A DNA stretch of 64,000 nucleotides from Hemiscyllium ocellatum (lineage: Eukaryota), in assembly GCF_020745735.1 (NCBI RefSeq), contig NC_083409.1, forward strand, positions 19,116,341 to 19,180,340. The letters run 5' to 3'. Below are positions 23,450 through 36,629 of this stretch, in pieces. Made by a program: the position numbers and the translations under genes. The notes beneath the pieces are model-generated. The model was not told the origin of the DNA. It was given only the letters and a program-made list of their open reading frames with translations, and searched no databases. Within the stretch, counting starts at the first letter, position 1. Each line of letters starts with the position of its first letter.

Positions 23450-25410
23450 AATAACTCCAGGAAAGGCAAGAGAGGTAGGCAAGTAGTGCAGGAGTCTTCT
23501 GTGGCTATTCCCATTTCAAACAAGTATGCTGTTTTGGAAAATGTAGGGGGTGATGGAAACTCAGGGGTACTTAGCATGAGCAGCCAAGTTTCTGGTATTG
23601 ACATTGGCTCTAATGTAATGGGAGGTATGTTGGGTTCCAAACAATCGACTGTGTTAGGGGACTCTCTAGCCCGAGGTACTGACAGACATTTCTGTGACCA
23701 GCAGTGAAAAATCAGAATGGTGTTTTGCTTTCCTGGTGCCAGGATCAAGGATGTCCCCGTGAGGGTGCAGAATGTTCTTAAGGTGGAGAGGGACCAGCAG
23801 GAGGTCATTGTACACTTTGGAACCAACAACATGCGGCACGGTGGCACAGTGCTTAGCACTGCTGCCTCACAGCGCCAGAGACCTGGGTTCAATTCCCGAC
23901 TCAGGCGACTGACTGTGTGGAGTTTGTACGTTCTCCCCGTGTCTGCGTGGGTTTCCTCCGGGTGTTCCGGTTTCCTCCCACAGTTTAAAGATGTGCGGGT
24001 CAGGTGAATTGGCCATGCCAAATTGCCCGTAGTGTTAGGTAAGGGGTAAATGTAGGGGTATGGGTGGGTTGCGCTTCGGCGGGTCGGTGTGGACTTGTTG
24101 GGCCAAAGGGCCTGTTTCCACAATGTAAGTAATCTAATCTAATCTAAACATAGTAAGGGAAAAGGTTGAGATTCTGAAGGGATATTGCAGAGAGTTAGGC
24201 AGGAATTTAAAAAGGAGGTCCTCAAGAGTAGTCATATCTGAATTACTCCTGGTGCTATGAGCCAGTGAGGGCAGGAATAGGAGGATAGAGCAGATGAATG
24301 CATGGCTGAGGAGCTGGTGTATGGGAGAAGGATTCACATTTTTGGATCTTTGGAAGCTGTTTTGAGGTAGCAGTGACCTGTACAAAAAGGACAGATTGCA
24401 CCTAAATTGGAAGGGGACTAATATACTGGCAGGGAGATTTGCTAGAGCTGCTCGGGAGGATTTAACCTAGTAAGGTGGGCGGGTGGGACCCAGGGAGATA
24501 GTGAGGAAAGATTTCAACCTCAGATTGGTAAAGTTGAGAACAAAGACAAGTCAAACAGTCAGGGCAGGCGAGGACAAAGCAGAGAACAAGGTAAGACTGA
24601 TAAATTAAACTGCATTTATTTCAATGCAAGAGGCCTAACAGGGAAGGAAGATGAACATAGGGCGTGGTTAGGAACATGGGACTGGGATATCATAGCAATT
24701 ATAGAAATATGGCTCAGGGATGGACTGGACTGGCGGTTTAATGTTCTAGGATACAAATGCTACAGGAAGGACAGAAAGGGAGGCACAAGAGGAGGGAGAG
24801 TGGCATTTTTGATAAGGGATAGCATGACAGCTGTACTTAGAGAGGATATTCCCAGAAGTACATCTAGGGAAGTTATATGAATGGAACTGAGAAGAAAGAA
24901 GGGGATAATCACCCTGTTGGGATTATATTATAGCCCCCCTCCAGTAGTCAATGGGAAATTGAGAAATTTGTAAGGAGATTTCAGTTATCAGTAAGAATAA
25001 TGGGGTCGTTATAGTAGGGGATGTTAACCTTCCAAATATAGACCGGGACTGCCATTGTGTTAAGGGTTTAGATGGAGAGGAATTTGTTAAGTGCGTACAA
25101 GACAATTTTCTGATTCAGTATGTGGATGTACCTACTAGAGAAGGTGCAAAGTTCGACTACTCTTGGAAATAAGGCAGGGCAGGTGACTGAGGAGTCAGTG
25201 GAGGACCACTTTTGGTCAGCGACCATAATTCTATTCATTTTAAAATAGTGATGGAAAAGGATAGACCAGATCCAGAAGTTGAAGTTCTAAATTGGAGGAA
25301 GGCTAATTTTGCCAGTATCAGGCAAGAGCTCTGAAAAGCTGATTGGGGGCAGTTGCTCGCAGGTAAAGGGACAGCTGGAAAATGGGAAACCTTCAGAAAT
25401 GAGATAACTT
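23450..25410 (+). mobile_element. CR1 LINE fragment (ORF1 SGNH-esterase and APE endonuclease)
   Basis: VLGDSLARGTDRHFC, CFPGARIKDV, HFGTN, YFNARGL motifs; interrupted by a V-SINE. Confidence 0.85.
23833..24146 (+). mobile_element. tRNA-derived V-SINE (shark HE1-type), complete, 5-bp TSD AACAT
   Basis: A box TGGCACAGTGCTT, B box GGTTCAATTCC, V-domain, (AATCT)n tail; TSD 23828-23832 and 24147-24151. Confidence 0.88.
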
Positions 25411-25759
25411 AGAACATAGAACATAGAACAATACAGCACAGAACAGGCCCTTCGGCCCACGATGTTGTGCCGAACATCTATCCTAGATTAAGCACCCATC
25501 CATGTACCTATCAAATTGCCGCTTAAAGGTCACCAGTGATTCTGACTCTACCACTCCCACGGGCAGCGCATTCCATGCCCCCAAAACTCTCTGGGTAAAG
25601 AACACACCCCTGACATCTCCCCTATAACTTCCACCCTTCACCTTAAATTTATGTCCACTTGTAACACTCCATTGTACCCAGGGGAAAAGTTTCTGACTGT
25701 CTACTCTATCTATTCCTCTGATCATCTTATAAATCTCTATCAAGTCACCCCTCATCCTT

Positions 25760-28700
25760 CGCCGTGGATATGGTTTATTTGGACTTTGTAAGGAGAGTAG
25801 ATTGGCGGTTCTGTGGTCAAAAACAAGACTCACGAATAGCATGTTGCCTCCCAGTTGCACGGGTCAGGGATGTCTCAGATCAGCTGCAAGACATTCTGAA
25901 GGGGGAGGTGAACAGCTAGCTGTGATGGTTCATGTAGGCACCGATGATATCGGTAATAAATGGAATGAGGTCCTACAAACAGAATCTAGGGAGTTAGGAA
26001 CCACATTAAAATGTAGGATCTCAGAGGTAGTAATCTCAGGATTGCTCCCAGTGCCATGTGCTAGTCAGAGTCGAAATGAAAATATAGGCAGGATGAATGC
26101 GTGGCTTGAGAGATGGTGCAGGAGGGAGGGGTTCAGATTTTTGGGACATTGCGACTGGTTCCTGGGGAGGTGGGACAATTACAAATCGAGCCGTCTACAC
26201 CTGGGCAGGACTGGAACAAGTGTCCTGTGGGATGTGTTTGATCACACTCTTGGGGAGGGTTCAAAATAGTGTAGCAGAGGGATGGGAACCAAATGAGGAG
26301 GTTAGTGGGCAATAAGGAGGGAGTAACTAAAGCCTGTCAGGAACTAGATATTGAAGTCAGCGTGACTAAGGCTAAGAGTAGGTAGGGAGCAGATGATGAA
26401 TGCAAAGGGACAGATGATCTGAGGTGCATTTGTTTTAATGTGAGAAGTGTAGTAGGTAAGGCAGAGGAATTTAAGGCTTGGACTATTATCTGGGAGTATG
26501 ATGTTATTACTATTACTGAGACTTGGTTGAGGGAATGGCAAGATTGTTAACTAAATATCTCAGGATACAGATGTATCTGATGGGTTCGAGAGGGAGTTAA
26601 AATGGATGGAGGAGTTGCATTACAGGTCAGAGAGGATAGAGAGGATATCACACGTGTGCTGAAGGAGGGCACTATGGAGGACTCGAGCAGTGGGGCAATA
26701 TGGGCAGAGCTCAGAAACAGGAAGGGTGCAGTAACAATGTTGGTGCTATCCTACAAGCCTCCTAACAGTGAACGTGGGCTAGAGGTACAAGTATGTAATC
26801 AGATTATGGAAAGATGTAGGAGTAACAAGGTGGTGATGATGGAAGATTTTAATATTCCCAACATTGACTGGGATTCACTTCATGTTAGAAGTTAAGATGG
26901 AGCAGAATTTGTAAGGAGCATCCAGGAGGATTTTACAGAGTAATGTGGAAATAGTCTAACTCAGGAAGGGGCCATACTGGACTGGTGCTGGGAATGAGTC
27001 CGGCCAGGTGGTTGAAATTTCAGTCAGGGATTACTTTGGTAACACTGACCACAATTCCATAAGTTTTAGAATGCTCATGGACAAATATGAGAGTGGTCCT
27101 CAAGGAAGAGGGCTAAAGTGGAGGAAGGCCAACTATAGCAAAATTTGGCAGGAGCTGGGGAATGTGGATTGGGAGCAGCTGTTTAAAGGGAAATCCACAT
27201 TTGATATGTGGGAGGCTTTTAAAGAAAGGTTGACTAGAGTCAGGACAGACATGTCTCTGTGAAAATAAGGGATTGAAATGGCAGGATTAGGAAACGCTGG
27301 ATGACAGATGAAATTGTGAGACTAGCTAAGAGGAAAAAGGATGCATACGTAAGGTCTAGGTAGCTGAAAACAGACAAAGCTTTAGAAGAATATCGTGAAA
27401 GTAGAACCAATCTGAAGTGAGGAATTAAAAGGGCAAAAAGAGGTCACAAAATATCATTTACAAACAGGATTAAGGAAAATCCCAAATCCTTTTATTCATA
27501 TATAAGTAGCAAGAGGGTGACTAGAGAAAGGGTTGGTCCACTCAAGGACAAAGGAGGAATGTTATGTGTGGAGTCAGACAAAATGGATGAGATTCTTAAT
27601 GAGTGCTTTACATCGGTATTCACCAAGGAGAGGGAAATGACAGATGTTGAAGTTGGGGATAGGTGTTTGATTACTCAGGGTGAGGTCGGCTTACGGAGGG
27701 AGGAAGTGTTGGGTATTTTAAAAGGCATCAAGGTACACAAGTCCCCAGGCCGGGATGGGATCGATCCCAGCTTACTGAGGAAAGCAAGAGAGGAAATAGC
27801 TGGGATCCTTAATCGATATATTTGTAGCAACCTTGAACATGGATGAGGTCCCAGATGACTGGAGAATTGCTAATGTTTAAGAAGGGTAGCCAGGATAATC
27901 CAGGCAAATATCAACCAGTGAGCCTGATGTAGTGGTAGGGAAGCTGCTGGAGAAGATACTGAGGGATAAGATCTATTTACATTTGGAAGAAAATTGACTT
28001 ATCAGTTATAGGGAGCATGAAGTTGTGCAGGGAATGTCATGTCTTACCAACTTTATAGAATCTTTTGAAGAAGAGATGAAGTTGATTGATGAGGGAAGGG
28101 CTGTGGGTGTCATATACATGGATTTCAGGAATGCATTTGATAAAGTTCACCATGGTAGCCTGATGAAGAAATTAAAGTCACATGGGGTACAAAGTGTACT
28201 CACTAGATGGAGATAGAACAGGCTGGGCAACAGAAGACAGACAGTAGTAGTGGAAGGAGTTTCTCAAAATGGAGAACAGGAATCCGTGCTGGTACCACTC
28301 TTGCTTTGGAAAGACATCAATGATCTGGAGGAAGGTATAGGTGATCTGATTAGCAAGTTTCCAGATGACACTAATATTGGTGGAGTAGCAGATAGTGAAG
28401 GGGACTATCAGAGAATGTAGCAGAATATAGAATATAGACAGATTGGAGAGTTGGGCAGAGAAACGGACGGATGGAGTTCAAACCAGGCAAATGCGATCTG
28501 ATGAATTTTGGAAGATCCAAATCTGGAGTAAACTGTACGGTGAATGGAACACCCTGGGAAAATTGATGCCCAGAGAGACCTGGGTGTTCAGGTCCATTGT
28601 ACCCTGGAGGTGACAACACAGGTCGACAGAGTGGTCAAGAAGGCATATGGCATACCTTCCTTCACCAGACGTGGTATTCAGTACAAGAATTGAAAGGTCA

Positions 28701-29280
28701 TATTAGAATTATATCAGCCTTTGGCTTGGCCACATTTGGAATACTGCGTACAGTTCTGGTTGCCACATTACCAGAAAGATGTGGATGCTTTGGAGAGGGT
28801 GCAGAGGAGTTTCACCAGAATTGCCTGGTATGGAGGGCACTAGCTATGAAGAGAGGCTTAGTAGATTAGGATTATTCTCATTAGAAAGTCGAACATTGAG
28901 GGGGGACCTGATTGGGGTCTACAAAATCATGAGAGGTATAGACAGGATGGATAGCAAGAAGCTTTTTCCCAGAGTGGGGGACTCAATTGCTCTGGGTCAT
29001 GAGTTCAAAGTGAGAGTGGAAACATTGAAAGGAGATATGCGTGGAAAGTTCTTCACACAGAGAGTGATTGGTCCTGGAACACGTTGCCAGTGGAGGTGGT
29101 AGAGGCAGGCACAATAGCATCATTCAAGATATATCTAGATAGATACATGGATGGACAGAGAGCAAAGGGAGATAGACCCTTGTAAAATTGATGACAGATT
29201 TAGATGGAGGATATGGACCAGTGCAGGCTAGTAGGGCCGAAGGGCCAGTTCTTGTGCTGTAATTTTCATTGCTCTTTGTT
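25760..29280 (+). mobile_element. Near full-length but decayed CR1 LINE (esterase, endonuclease, RT, 3' end)
   Basis: HVGTDDIG esterase, CFNVRSV endonuclease, YMDFRNAFDKV RT and standard 3' region; many stops. Confidence 0.85.
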
Positions 29281-30134
29281 CTTTGAACTGAGGAAGCTCT
29301 AAGGAACAGAGTGATCTTGGGGTGCTTCTCCACTGATCCCTGAATATGGCAAGACAGGTTAACAGAGCAGTTATGAAGGCATAGGGGACACTTGCCTTTG
29401 TCATGTCAGGTATCGGTTTTAAAAGCAGGAGGATATGCTGCAGTTAAGTAGAACATTGGTGAGGCCACAGCTGGAGTACTGTGTGCAGTTCAGGTCACCA
29501 CACTGTAGGAAAGATGTGATTGCACTGGATGGGGCGCAGAGGGGAATCACCAGATGTTGTGTGGGATGGAAACTCTCAGTGATGAAGAGAAATTGGATCA
29601 GCTCGGGTTGTTTTCTTCAGAGCAGAGAAGGTGGAGGGGGGACCTGATCGAGGTGTATACGGTTATGAGGGGAATGGACAGGGAGGAGAGAAAGCAGCTG
29701 TTCTCCTTCTTGGGAGGGTCAATAACAAGTTGGCTCACATTCAATGTCAAAGATAGGAGGTTTCAAGATGTTTTGAGGAAAGTGTTTTTTACCCAGAGGG
29801 TGGTGGGGGTCTGGAATGCACAGCCTGGGAAAGTAGTTGAGGTGGGAAACCTCACAAACTTTAAAAAGTACTTGGTGGTGAACAGTTGAAATATCATAAC
29901 ATTCAAGCTATGGGCCACATGTTGGAAACTGGGATGGTATAGTTTTAGTGTAGTTTGGCTGGTACACAGTTAATGGGCTGAAGGGCCTCTTCTACACTGT
30001 GTGATTTTATGATTCTGTTGTGTGCAGTTTTGGTTTCCTTATCTGAGGAAGGATGTTCTGGCTGTGGAGGGAGGACAGCGAAGGTTTACCAGACTGATTC
30101 CTGGGAGGACAGCATTTAGATCTGATGAGAAACT

Positions 30135-30515
30135 GGATTGGTGAGGCCAAGTTTGTAAAGAGTCTGGCTGAGCAGCAGACAGTGCTCAGGGAGAGGGATG
30201 GAGTTTGTACCAGGATCTGAAGGGGATGGCTTTGATCTTCCCAATGTGTTTCACAGTGAGCCTGGCTCCTCAGTCCTGACTGCTCTTAGCTGCTGTGATT
30301 GTCACTGATCGGACACTTATTATTAGTGATTCTGACCACAGTAGAAAGCCCCAGTGTAAAAAATAACTGCAAAGACTGTCAGATCGCAAGGTTGAAACTT
30401 CACCAAAAGAGGAAGTGAAAGAAGGAGCTCGGAGCAGCTGGATGTTTGTTACTGAGACGGGAGAAAACTGTGAACTGTCTGCGCTGCCTGGAATCTGACA
30501 GCACAGGAGGCTGGT
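30135..30515. promoter_or_regulatory. Candidate lymphoid enhancer ~5.1 kb upstream of V2
   Basis: Mirror copy of 11585-11960: MEF2 30317-30326, Runx ACCACA 30335-30340, EICE GGAAGTGAAA 30411-30420, E-box 30435-30440. Confidence 0.55.
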
Positions 30516-32164
30516 TCTGGGATTTTTCTTTTCAGAAACAGCACAGTGATGGAAAAAAGGACAGTCACTCTCTCACAAACACACACGCCTGCACTCGGAG
30601 ATCAGAAACAGAATCCAGCAGCAGCTCTGTCTCCAAGCTGTGGAACCTGCACAGAATTGTTCCCTCATTCAGTTTTTAACTGGCAGGATAGACCAAGCAG
30701 GGGAGGCAACACAGTAGTGTGTACAGTCGGAAGGGAGTTGTCCTGGGAATCCTCACCATTAACTATGGAATCCATGAAGCCTCATGGCAGCAGATCAAAC
30801 ATGGGGAAGGAAACCTCCTGCTGATTACCACATAGCACCGCCCTCCCCTCCAACCTCAACTGAGCAGTCAGTCCTCCTCCATGTTGACCAACACTTGGAG
30901 GGAGCACTGAGGGTGGGAAGGATGCAGGATATACTCTGAGTAAGGGACTTCAAAATCCACCATCAAGAGCTTCTCAGAAGCATCACTACTGAGCAAGTTG
31001 GTCAAGTTCCACCTGATTCAGCTGCTAGACTGGACCTGGGGCAGGTGGTGAGGGAACCAACATGAGGGAAAACCATACTCACCATCACCCTCACCAATCT
31101 GCCTGCTGCTGGTGTATATGTCTATGACAGTATCAGTAAGGGTGACCACCGCACAGTCCGTGTGGAGACAAAATCCCATCTTCACATTGAGATTGCCTTG
31201 CATTTTGTTGGGCAAGAGATATGGGATGTCAGGAAGAACTTTTTTTAGCAGCAATTGGTAATGACTTGGAAATTAGTGCCCATTCAGGTGAGGCAGGTGA
31301 AGACACTCAGTGATTGCAATGGCAGATTGGATGGGCTCTTGATGGAAATAAACCTGCAAGGCCCTGGATGTCGAGTAGGGGAGGGGGTGGGACTGACTGG
31401 ATTGCTCCATGAAATGACAGCATTTACACACTTAGTCTCACCTTTACACAAAGACAGGGAGAAACAGACAAACCAGTTCACAGAAGTGTTTTCTCAAGCA
31501 AAACACTCTTGAACCAACTCAGAGAACACACCAGTCTAGATTTACTAGAATAAATCAGCAAATCAATGGCAAGGGAACAGCGACCCAAAAGTGTTGGAAC
31601 TGAACAGTATATTCAATATCACAAACAACGAGAGAGGGAGGGATGAAGGGCAGGAAGGTAGAGAGGGTACTCTTAGGGTCTGAAGGCTCTGCTGTCAATG
31701 GTGGGATGGAGGAAGCAACAATGGGCAGGAGACCAGAGACAGAAGGTGGAAGGGGGAGGGAGGGAATGTGAGTCTACAGCAGGACACAGAGTGAGGGGGG
31801 AGGGAGGCCATGGAGGCAATTGGCTGGCAGTGAGGTCAGATTCTGGAACAACTGTAGTTGTGAGACAGGGAAGGGATCGCTCCACATCAGACAAGTTGGG
31901 GTTTATGGAATGTGGCTTCAGGAAGCTGGGAGAGGACATTGAAATCATAGAGTCAGGAGGTGGGATGAGCAGGAATTGGGGTTTCTGTGGTCAAGAGACT
32001 GAGGTAATGCAGAGACAAACAATGTTGTGCAGATTGAAATAAGGGACCTGGGTAATGGACAGGATGTGGGGTTCACAGCTCAGATACTGGACAGTCCGGT
32101 GGGAAGGAGGCCCATGTTTACTGTTTATTGGTCCTATGGGAAGGTGCCCCATGTTTACATCATC

Positions 32165-33410
32165 ATAGAGTCATAGAGGTTTACAGCGTGGGATCAGGCC
32201 CTTCAGCTCAACTCATCCATGCCGACCAAGTTCCCAAAACTGAACTAGTCCCATCTGCATGCGTTTGGCCCAATCCTCTCTAAATCCTTCCTATCCATGT
32301 TCCTGTAAAAATGTCCTTGAAATCTAGTAATTGCACTCCCCTCTACCATTTCCTCTGGCGGCTCATTGCACATACACACCATCCTCTGTGTGAAAAAATT
32401 GTCTCTCAGGCCCCTTCTAATTCTTTCCCCTCTCAACTTAAACATATTCCTTCTCATACTGGACTCTCCTACCCTGGGGAAAAAAAAAACTTTGGCTATT
32501 CACCTTATCTATGGCCCTAATGATTCTATAAACCTGTCTAAGGTCACCCCTCAATCTCCTGCATTCACTGGAAAAATCTCTCGGACTATCCATCCTCGCC
32601 TTGTAATTCAAACTCACCAACCTTGGTAACATCCCTGTTAACCTTTCTTTTATCCAAACCAGTGTAATAACTTCCTTCCTATAGCAGGGTAAATAGGAAT
32701 GTACACAGTGTCCAAATGTAGCCTTACCAATGCCTTGTACAGCTGTAACATGATGTCCCAGCTCCTGTACTCCCTGCTTTGACCAGTGAAGGTGAGCGTG
32801 CCAAATGCCTTCTTCACCATCCTGTCTACCTGTGACACCACTTCCAAGGAACTATGCACCTGTACCCCTCAGTCTCTCTGTTCAACAACACTCCCCATGG
32901 CTCTACCATTAATTATGTAATTCCTGCCCTGGTTTGTCTTACCAAAATGCAACTCCTTGCATTTATTGAAATTAAGCTCCATCTGGATTTGTTGACCCAC
33001 TGACCCAGTTGATGAAGATGACATTGCATTCTTAGATAATCTTCTTACCTGACCACGATGCCAACAATTTTAATGTCAGCCACAAACTTACTGACCATTC
33101 CTGCTATTTTCTCATACAAATTGTTCATGTAAATGATGAACAACAGTGGATCCAGGATCGATTCTTGTGGCAGATGGCTGGTCACTGGCCTCCAGTCTGA
33201 AGATCAACCCTCTCTCACCAGCCTCTGCCTCCTACCATCAGGCCCATTTTATATCCAATTGGTTAGCTCTACCTGGATCCTCTGTGATATAATCTTACTA
33301 AGCAGTCTACAATGGGGAACCTTGTCTAAGGCCTTGCTAAAGTCCATGTCGATGATATGTACTGATCTATCTTAAGCTATCTATTTCTTCAAAAACTCAA
33401 CTATCCACTT
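32165..33410 (-). mobile_element. CR1 LINE 3' half inserted into a ~43-bp minisatellite
   Basis: RT-to-3' end remnants with a (CTATGA) tail at the left edge; the GGAGGCCCATGTTTAC repeat core occurs on both flanks. Confidence 0.75.
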
Positions 33411-33436
33411 GTCACCATTAGAAGGACAAGTGAATA

Positions 33437-33680
33437 GGAGGCCCACATTTACTGGTCTTCTTGGAGTATCCAGTCAGAAGGAGGTCCATGTTTACTGGTT
33501 TCCTTTGGAGAGTCCATAACGAAGGAGGCCAACATTTATTGGAGGCTCAAGCAGGAACAATGCCCATGTTTACTGGTCTCTATTGGGAGCTTCAGTGGGA
33601 AGGAGGCCCATGTCTCTCCATGGGGCACTCTCGTGAACTGACGTCCATGTTTACTGGACTCTGTTGGAGAGTCCAGTGCA
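33437..33680 (+). repeat. Degenerate ~43-bp minisatellite, about 6 units (2 more cores at 32104-32158)
   Basis: Recurring core AGGAGGCCCATGTTTACTGG. Confidence 0.8.
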
Positions 33681-35463
33681 GCGTGAACACCATGGTGGGT
33701 GTGGGGTTCAGTTCCTTTCTGTTGTAACTGTGTGATGGTCCAACCCTCATCCCAGTAAAACACACTGACTCAGAGACTGATCGTGGAAGGGGAAGGACAG
33801 GGGAAGGGATTGGAACATGCTGTGAATGGACAGGATGGGTCAGTGGGTCAGAGCCTGTGCTGTCCCTCCAGCTCACACTGATGGCCTGAGGATCTCCTCT
33901 CTCTGCTGGGCCTTCATGGAATGAGGTTTGTGTCCAAACCAGTCCCCAGTGAGAATAGGGCAACAGCACAGAACTGCCCTTCATTTAACAAGAATCTGTC
34001 CATCTTCCTGAGAGATACCAAAACCTGGTCAATGTGGAAATGGACCTTTACTCCAGGAGAAGACATGCTTCTGGGGTCAAGGGTTAACATCCATTAGTGG
34101 GGCAGAGCAGGGAGAGATTTATCCTGAATTCAACTGTCACCACCTGGGACACTGTGAGAAAGAGAGAGAAGTGAGACAGAGAGAGAGAAATAGAGGCCGA
34201 GTGTGATGCGGAGAACGAGGGAGAAACAGAGGGAGAAATAGAGAGGGGTAGATAACATTTGGAGGCTTTCAATTGAAGTGAGAGATGGAGCGAGTGACGA
34301 AGACAGTGAGAGATGGAGAAAGATTATGAGACGGAGTGAGGAAGCGTGAGTGAGTTGGAGAGAGTGGCTATGAGACAGAGTGAGAGAGAGGGAATATGAG
34401 AGAGATTAACAGTGGGGAGAGAGATAGATGTAGAGAGATCAAAGTAGCAGATGTGAGACAGAAAGGGGAAAAGAGAGAGAGAGAGAGAAAGGTCCTGATC
34501 ACCACATTCTGGGAAGGATGTGATTGTACTTGAGAGGGGGCAGAGGAGATTTCCCAGGATGCTGCCTGGGATGGAGGGTCAGCTATGAGGAAAGACTGGA
34601 AAGGTTGGGGCTGTTTTCCTTGGAGCATTGAAGGTTGAGAGGGACCTGATAGAGAGGTATAAGATAATTGTTGGCAGTGATATGTTGCATAGGAAGGCAC
34701 TTTATACAAGAGTAAAGGACTCAATAACCAGGGACAGAGATTGAAGGTAACACAGACATGGACACATTGAAACTTGGAGCAGGAGCAGGCCATTCGGCCC
34801 TTTGAATCTTATGTGTCATTCAGTATGATCATGGCTGATCCTCTCTCTCAATGCTGTGCTGCTGCTTTCTCCCCATTTCCTTCATGCTGTTAAAACGCAA
34901 AACAACTCTTTTCTTTCTTGAATATATTCAGTTCCTTGTCCTCCACAGCTGTTTGTGGTAGAGAATTCATCAGGTTGACCATTCTCTGAGTGAAGAAATG
35001 TTTCCTCATCTCAGTCCTAAATGGTCTACCCTGTATCCCCCTGAGCCTGTGTCCCCTCGTTCCAGACTCCCCAACCAGGGGAAACCTCCTCCCTGCCCAG
35101 CCCTGTTACAATTTTATGTGTTTCAATCAGATCCCCTCTCATCCTTCTAAACTCGAGTGAATCCAGGCCCAGTTGAGTTGCAGAGTGAGAGGAGAATTGA
35201 GGAGAAATGTTTTCACAAAGAGTGTGGTGGGAATCTGGAACTCACTGCCTGAAAGGCTGGTTGAGTCACAAACTCTCGTGACATTGGAGCAATATTTAGA
35301 TATTCCCTTGTATTGCTGTAGCCCTCAGGGTAATGGGCCATGAGCTGGAGGATGGGATTAGTGTCATCACATCTTTGTTTACCAGCACAGATACAATGGG
35401 ACAAATGGCCTCATTCAGTGCTGTTCACATCAATCACTGTCTGAGACAAAGAGAGAGAGAGAA

Positions 35464-35560
35464 GAGGAAGTTTGAGGGGTTGACGTGGCTCTCTCTGCCT
35501 GATGCCATTTACATACTGAGGAACACCCAGTCAGACTCTCACAAACTGCAGCTTTATAAA
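35464..35560 (+). promoter_or_regulatory. V2 promoter: PU box GAGGAAGT (35464-35471), TGACGTGG (35481-35488), variant octamer ATTTACAT (35507-35514), TATA (35553-35560)
   Basis: Motifs read directly; the layout mirrors the cluster 1 promoter. Confidence 0.75.
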
Positions 35561-35620
35561 GCAGAACCAAGTGAAGGGAGAGTTTATCAGGAACCAGGCA
35601 CAGGGACAGGAGCACACACC

Positions 35621-35669
35621 ATGATTTCACACATCCAGCTGATCTGGCCCCTGGCATTCTGTGTTGCAG
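35621..35669 (+). CDS. IGKV: Ig kappa cluster 2 leader exon (MISHIQLIWPLAFCVA-G)
   Basis: ATG at 35621, donor G|GTACAA at 35670, 186-bp intron to the acceptor CCCCTCAG at 35855. Confidence 0.93.
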
Positions 35670-35855
35670 GTACAAATCTCTCTCCTTCCACCTTGAATCT
35701 TTAGCTGCTCTCCATTTCACTCTAATTCCACTGACTTGTGACTGAAGGGAAAATGCTGAAAGCAGAGGAATGCTCAGTGTCTCCAACAATCTCTCATTTG
35801 ACAGGCTCTTTCTGTGACAGTTCTGACTTCACCGTGTTTCTCTCTGACCCCTCAG

Positions 35856-36154
35856 GTATCAATGGGGACATCATCATGACTCAGTCTCCCCCGGTGCTGT
35901 CAGTGGGACTGGGCCAGACCGCAAAACTCACCTGTACGGCCAGTCAATCTGTTAGCAATGAGCTTTCCTGGTACCAGCAGCGAGAAGGTCAGAAACCCTC
36001 TCTCCTGATCTATTATGCAACAAATCGATTCACAGGAGTCTCCGATCGATTCACTGGTAGTGGATCAGGGACCAGTTTCACCCTGACAATCAGCAACATT
36101 CAGAATGAGGATGTCGCTGACTATTACTGTTTGCAGGATTACAGCTCCCCTCAA
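35856..36154 (+). CDS. IGKV: Ig kappa V segment 2, unrearranged ([23 protein letters not shown]...WYQQ...[11 protein letters not shown])
   Basis: Open 299-nt exon with canonical Cys/Trp/Cys, ending at a heptamer; 21 nt differences from V1 by hand count. Confidence 0.97.
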
Positions 36155-36182
36155 CACAGTGACACAGAGCCATACAAAAACC
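36155..36182 (+). other. 12-bp-spacer RSS of V2
   Basis: CACAGTG-acacagagccat(12)-ACAAAAACC. Confidence 0.98.
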
Positions 36183-36590
36183 TGAAAGCACACAGAATCA
36201 CCTCCTGTACTGACACATCCACGGTTATATAAAATGCATAATAATGGACACACAGTCCCACCGCCTGAACTGTCATATCCCACAGTTAGTTCTAAATGAA
36301 ACTGAACAAATTACCCCATGCTGGGATTGTCACTGTCCACGACACACTCCAGTCCCTGTGGTGTCTCAATGCTCACTAAAGGCCGCAAGTTTCCCTCTTA
36401 CACTCCATGGCCACATGTGAAGAGCAGCTGCAAGATTTAACAACAAAAAATAAAGTGCACAACCCAGAGGCAGAGACAGAAAGACACATGAATGAGGGAA
36501 AGACTGATAGGGGCAAAAAGAGGGTGAGAGTGATCGACAGACTGGGAGACAAGGAGAGGGTGAGAGTGACAGAGGGAAGCAGAGAGCTGA

Positions 36591-36629
36591 GGTTTTTGTA
36601 CAGCCTCTGCACTGGGAGCTCTCACTGTG
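36591..36629 (-). other. 23-bp-spacer RSS of J2
   Basis: Plus strand GGTTTTTGT-23 nt-CACTGTG; spacer identical to the J1 spacer. Confidence 0.98.

Noticed and set aside
23833-23910. tRNA-like A and B boxes (also at other SINE heads)
   Set aside because: They are heads of V-SINEs with body, tail and TSD, not tRNA genes.
23446-24123. 225-aa minus ORF
   Set aside because: Antisense read-through of a V-SINE and the CR1 esterase region.
30650-31250. Endonuclease fragment similar to 9370-10030 as part of duplication A
   Set aside because: Both are on the plus strand with different extents, so they are better explained as independent insertions of one LINE family.
33437-33680. Repeat-spacer-like pattern (CRISPR)
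   Set aside because: Vertebrate DNA; the units are degenerate tandem copies without unique spacers.
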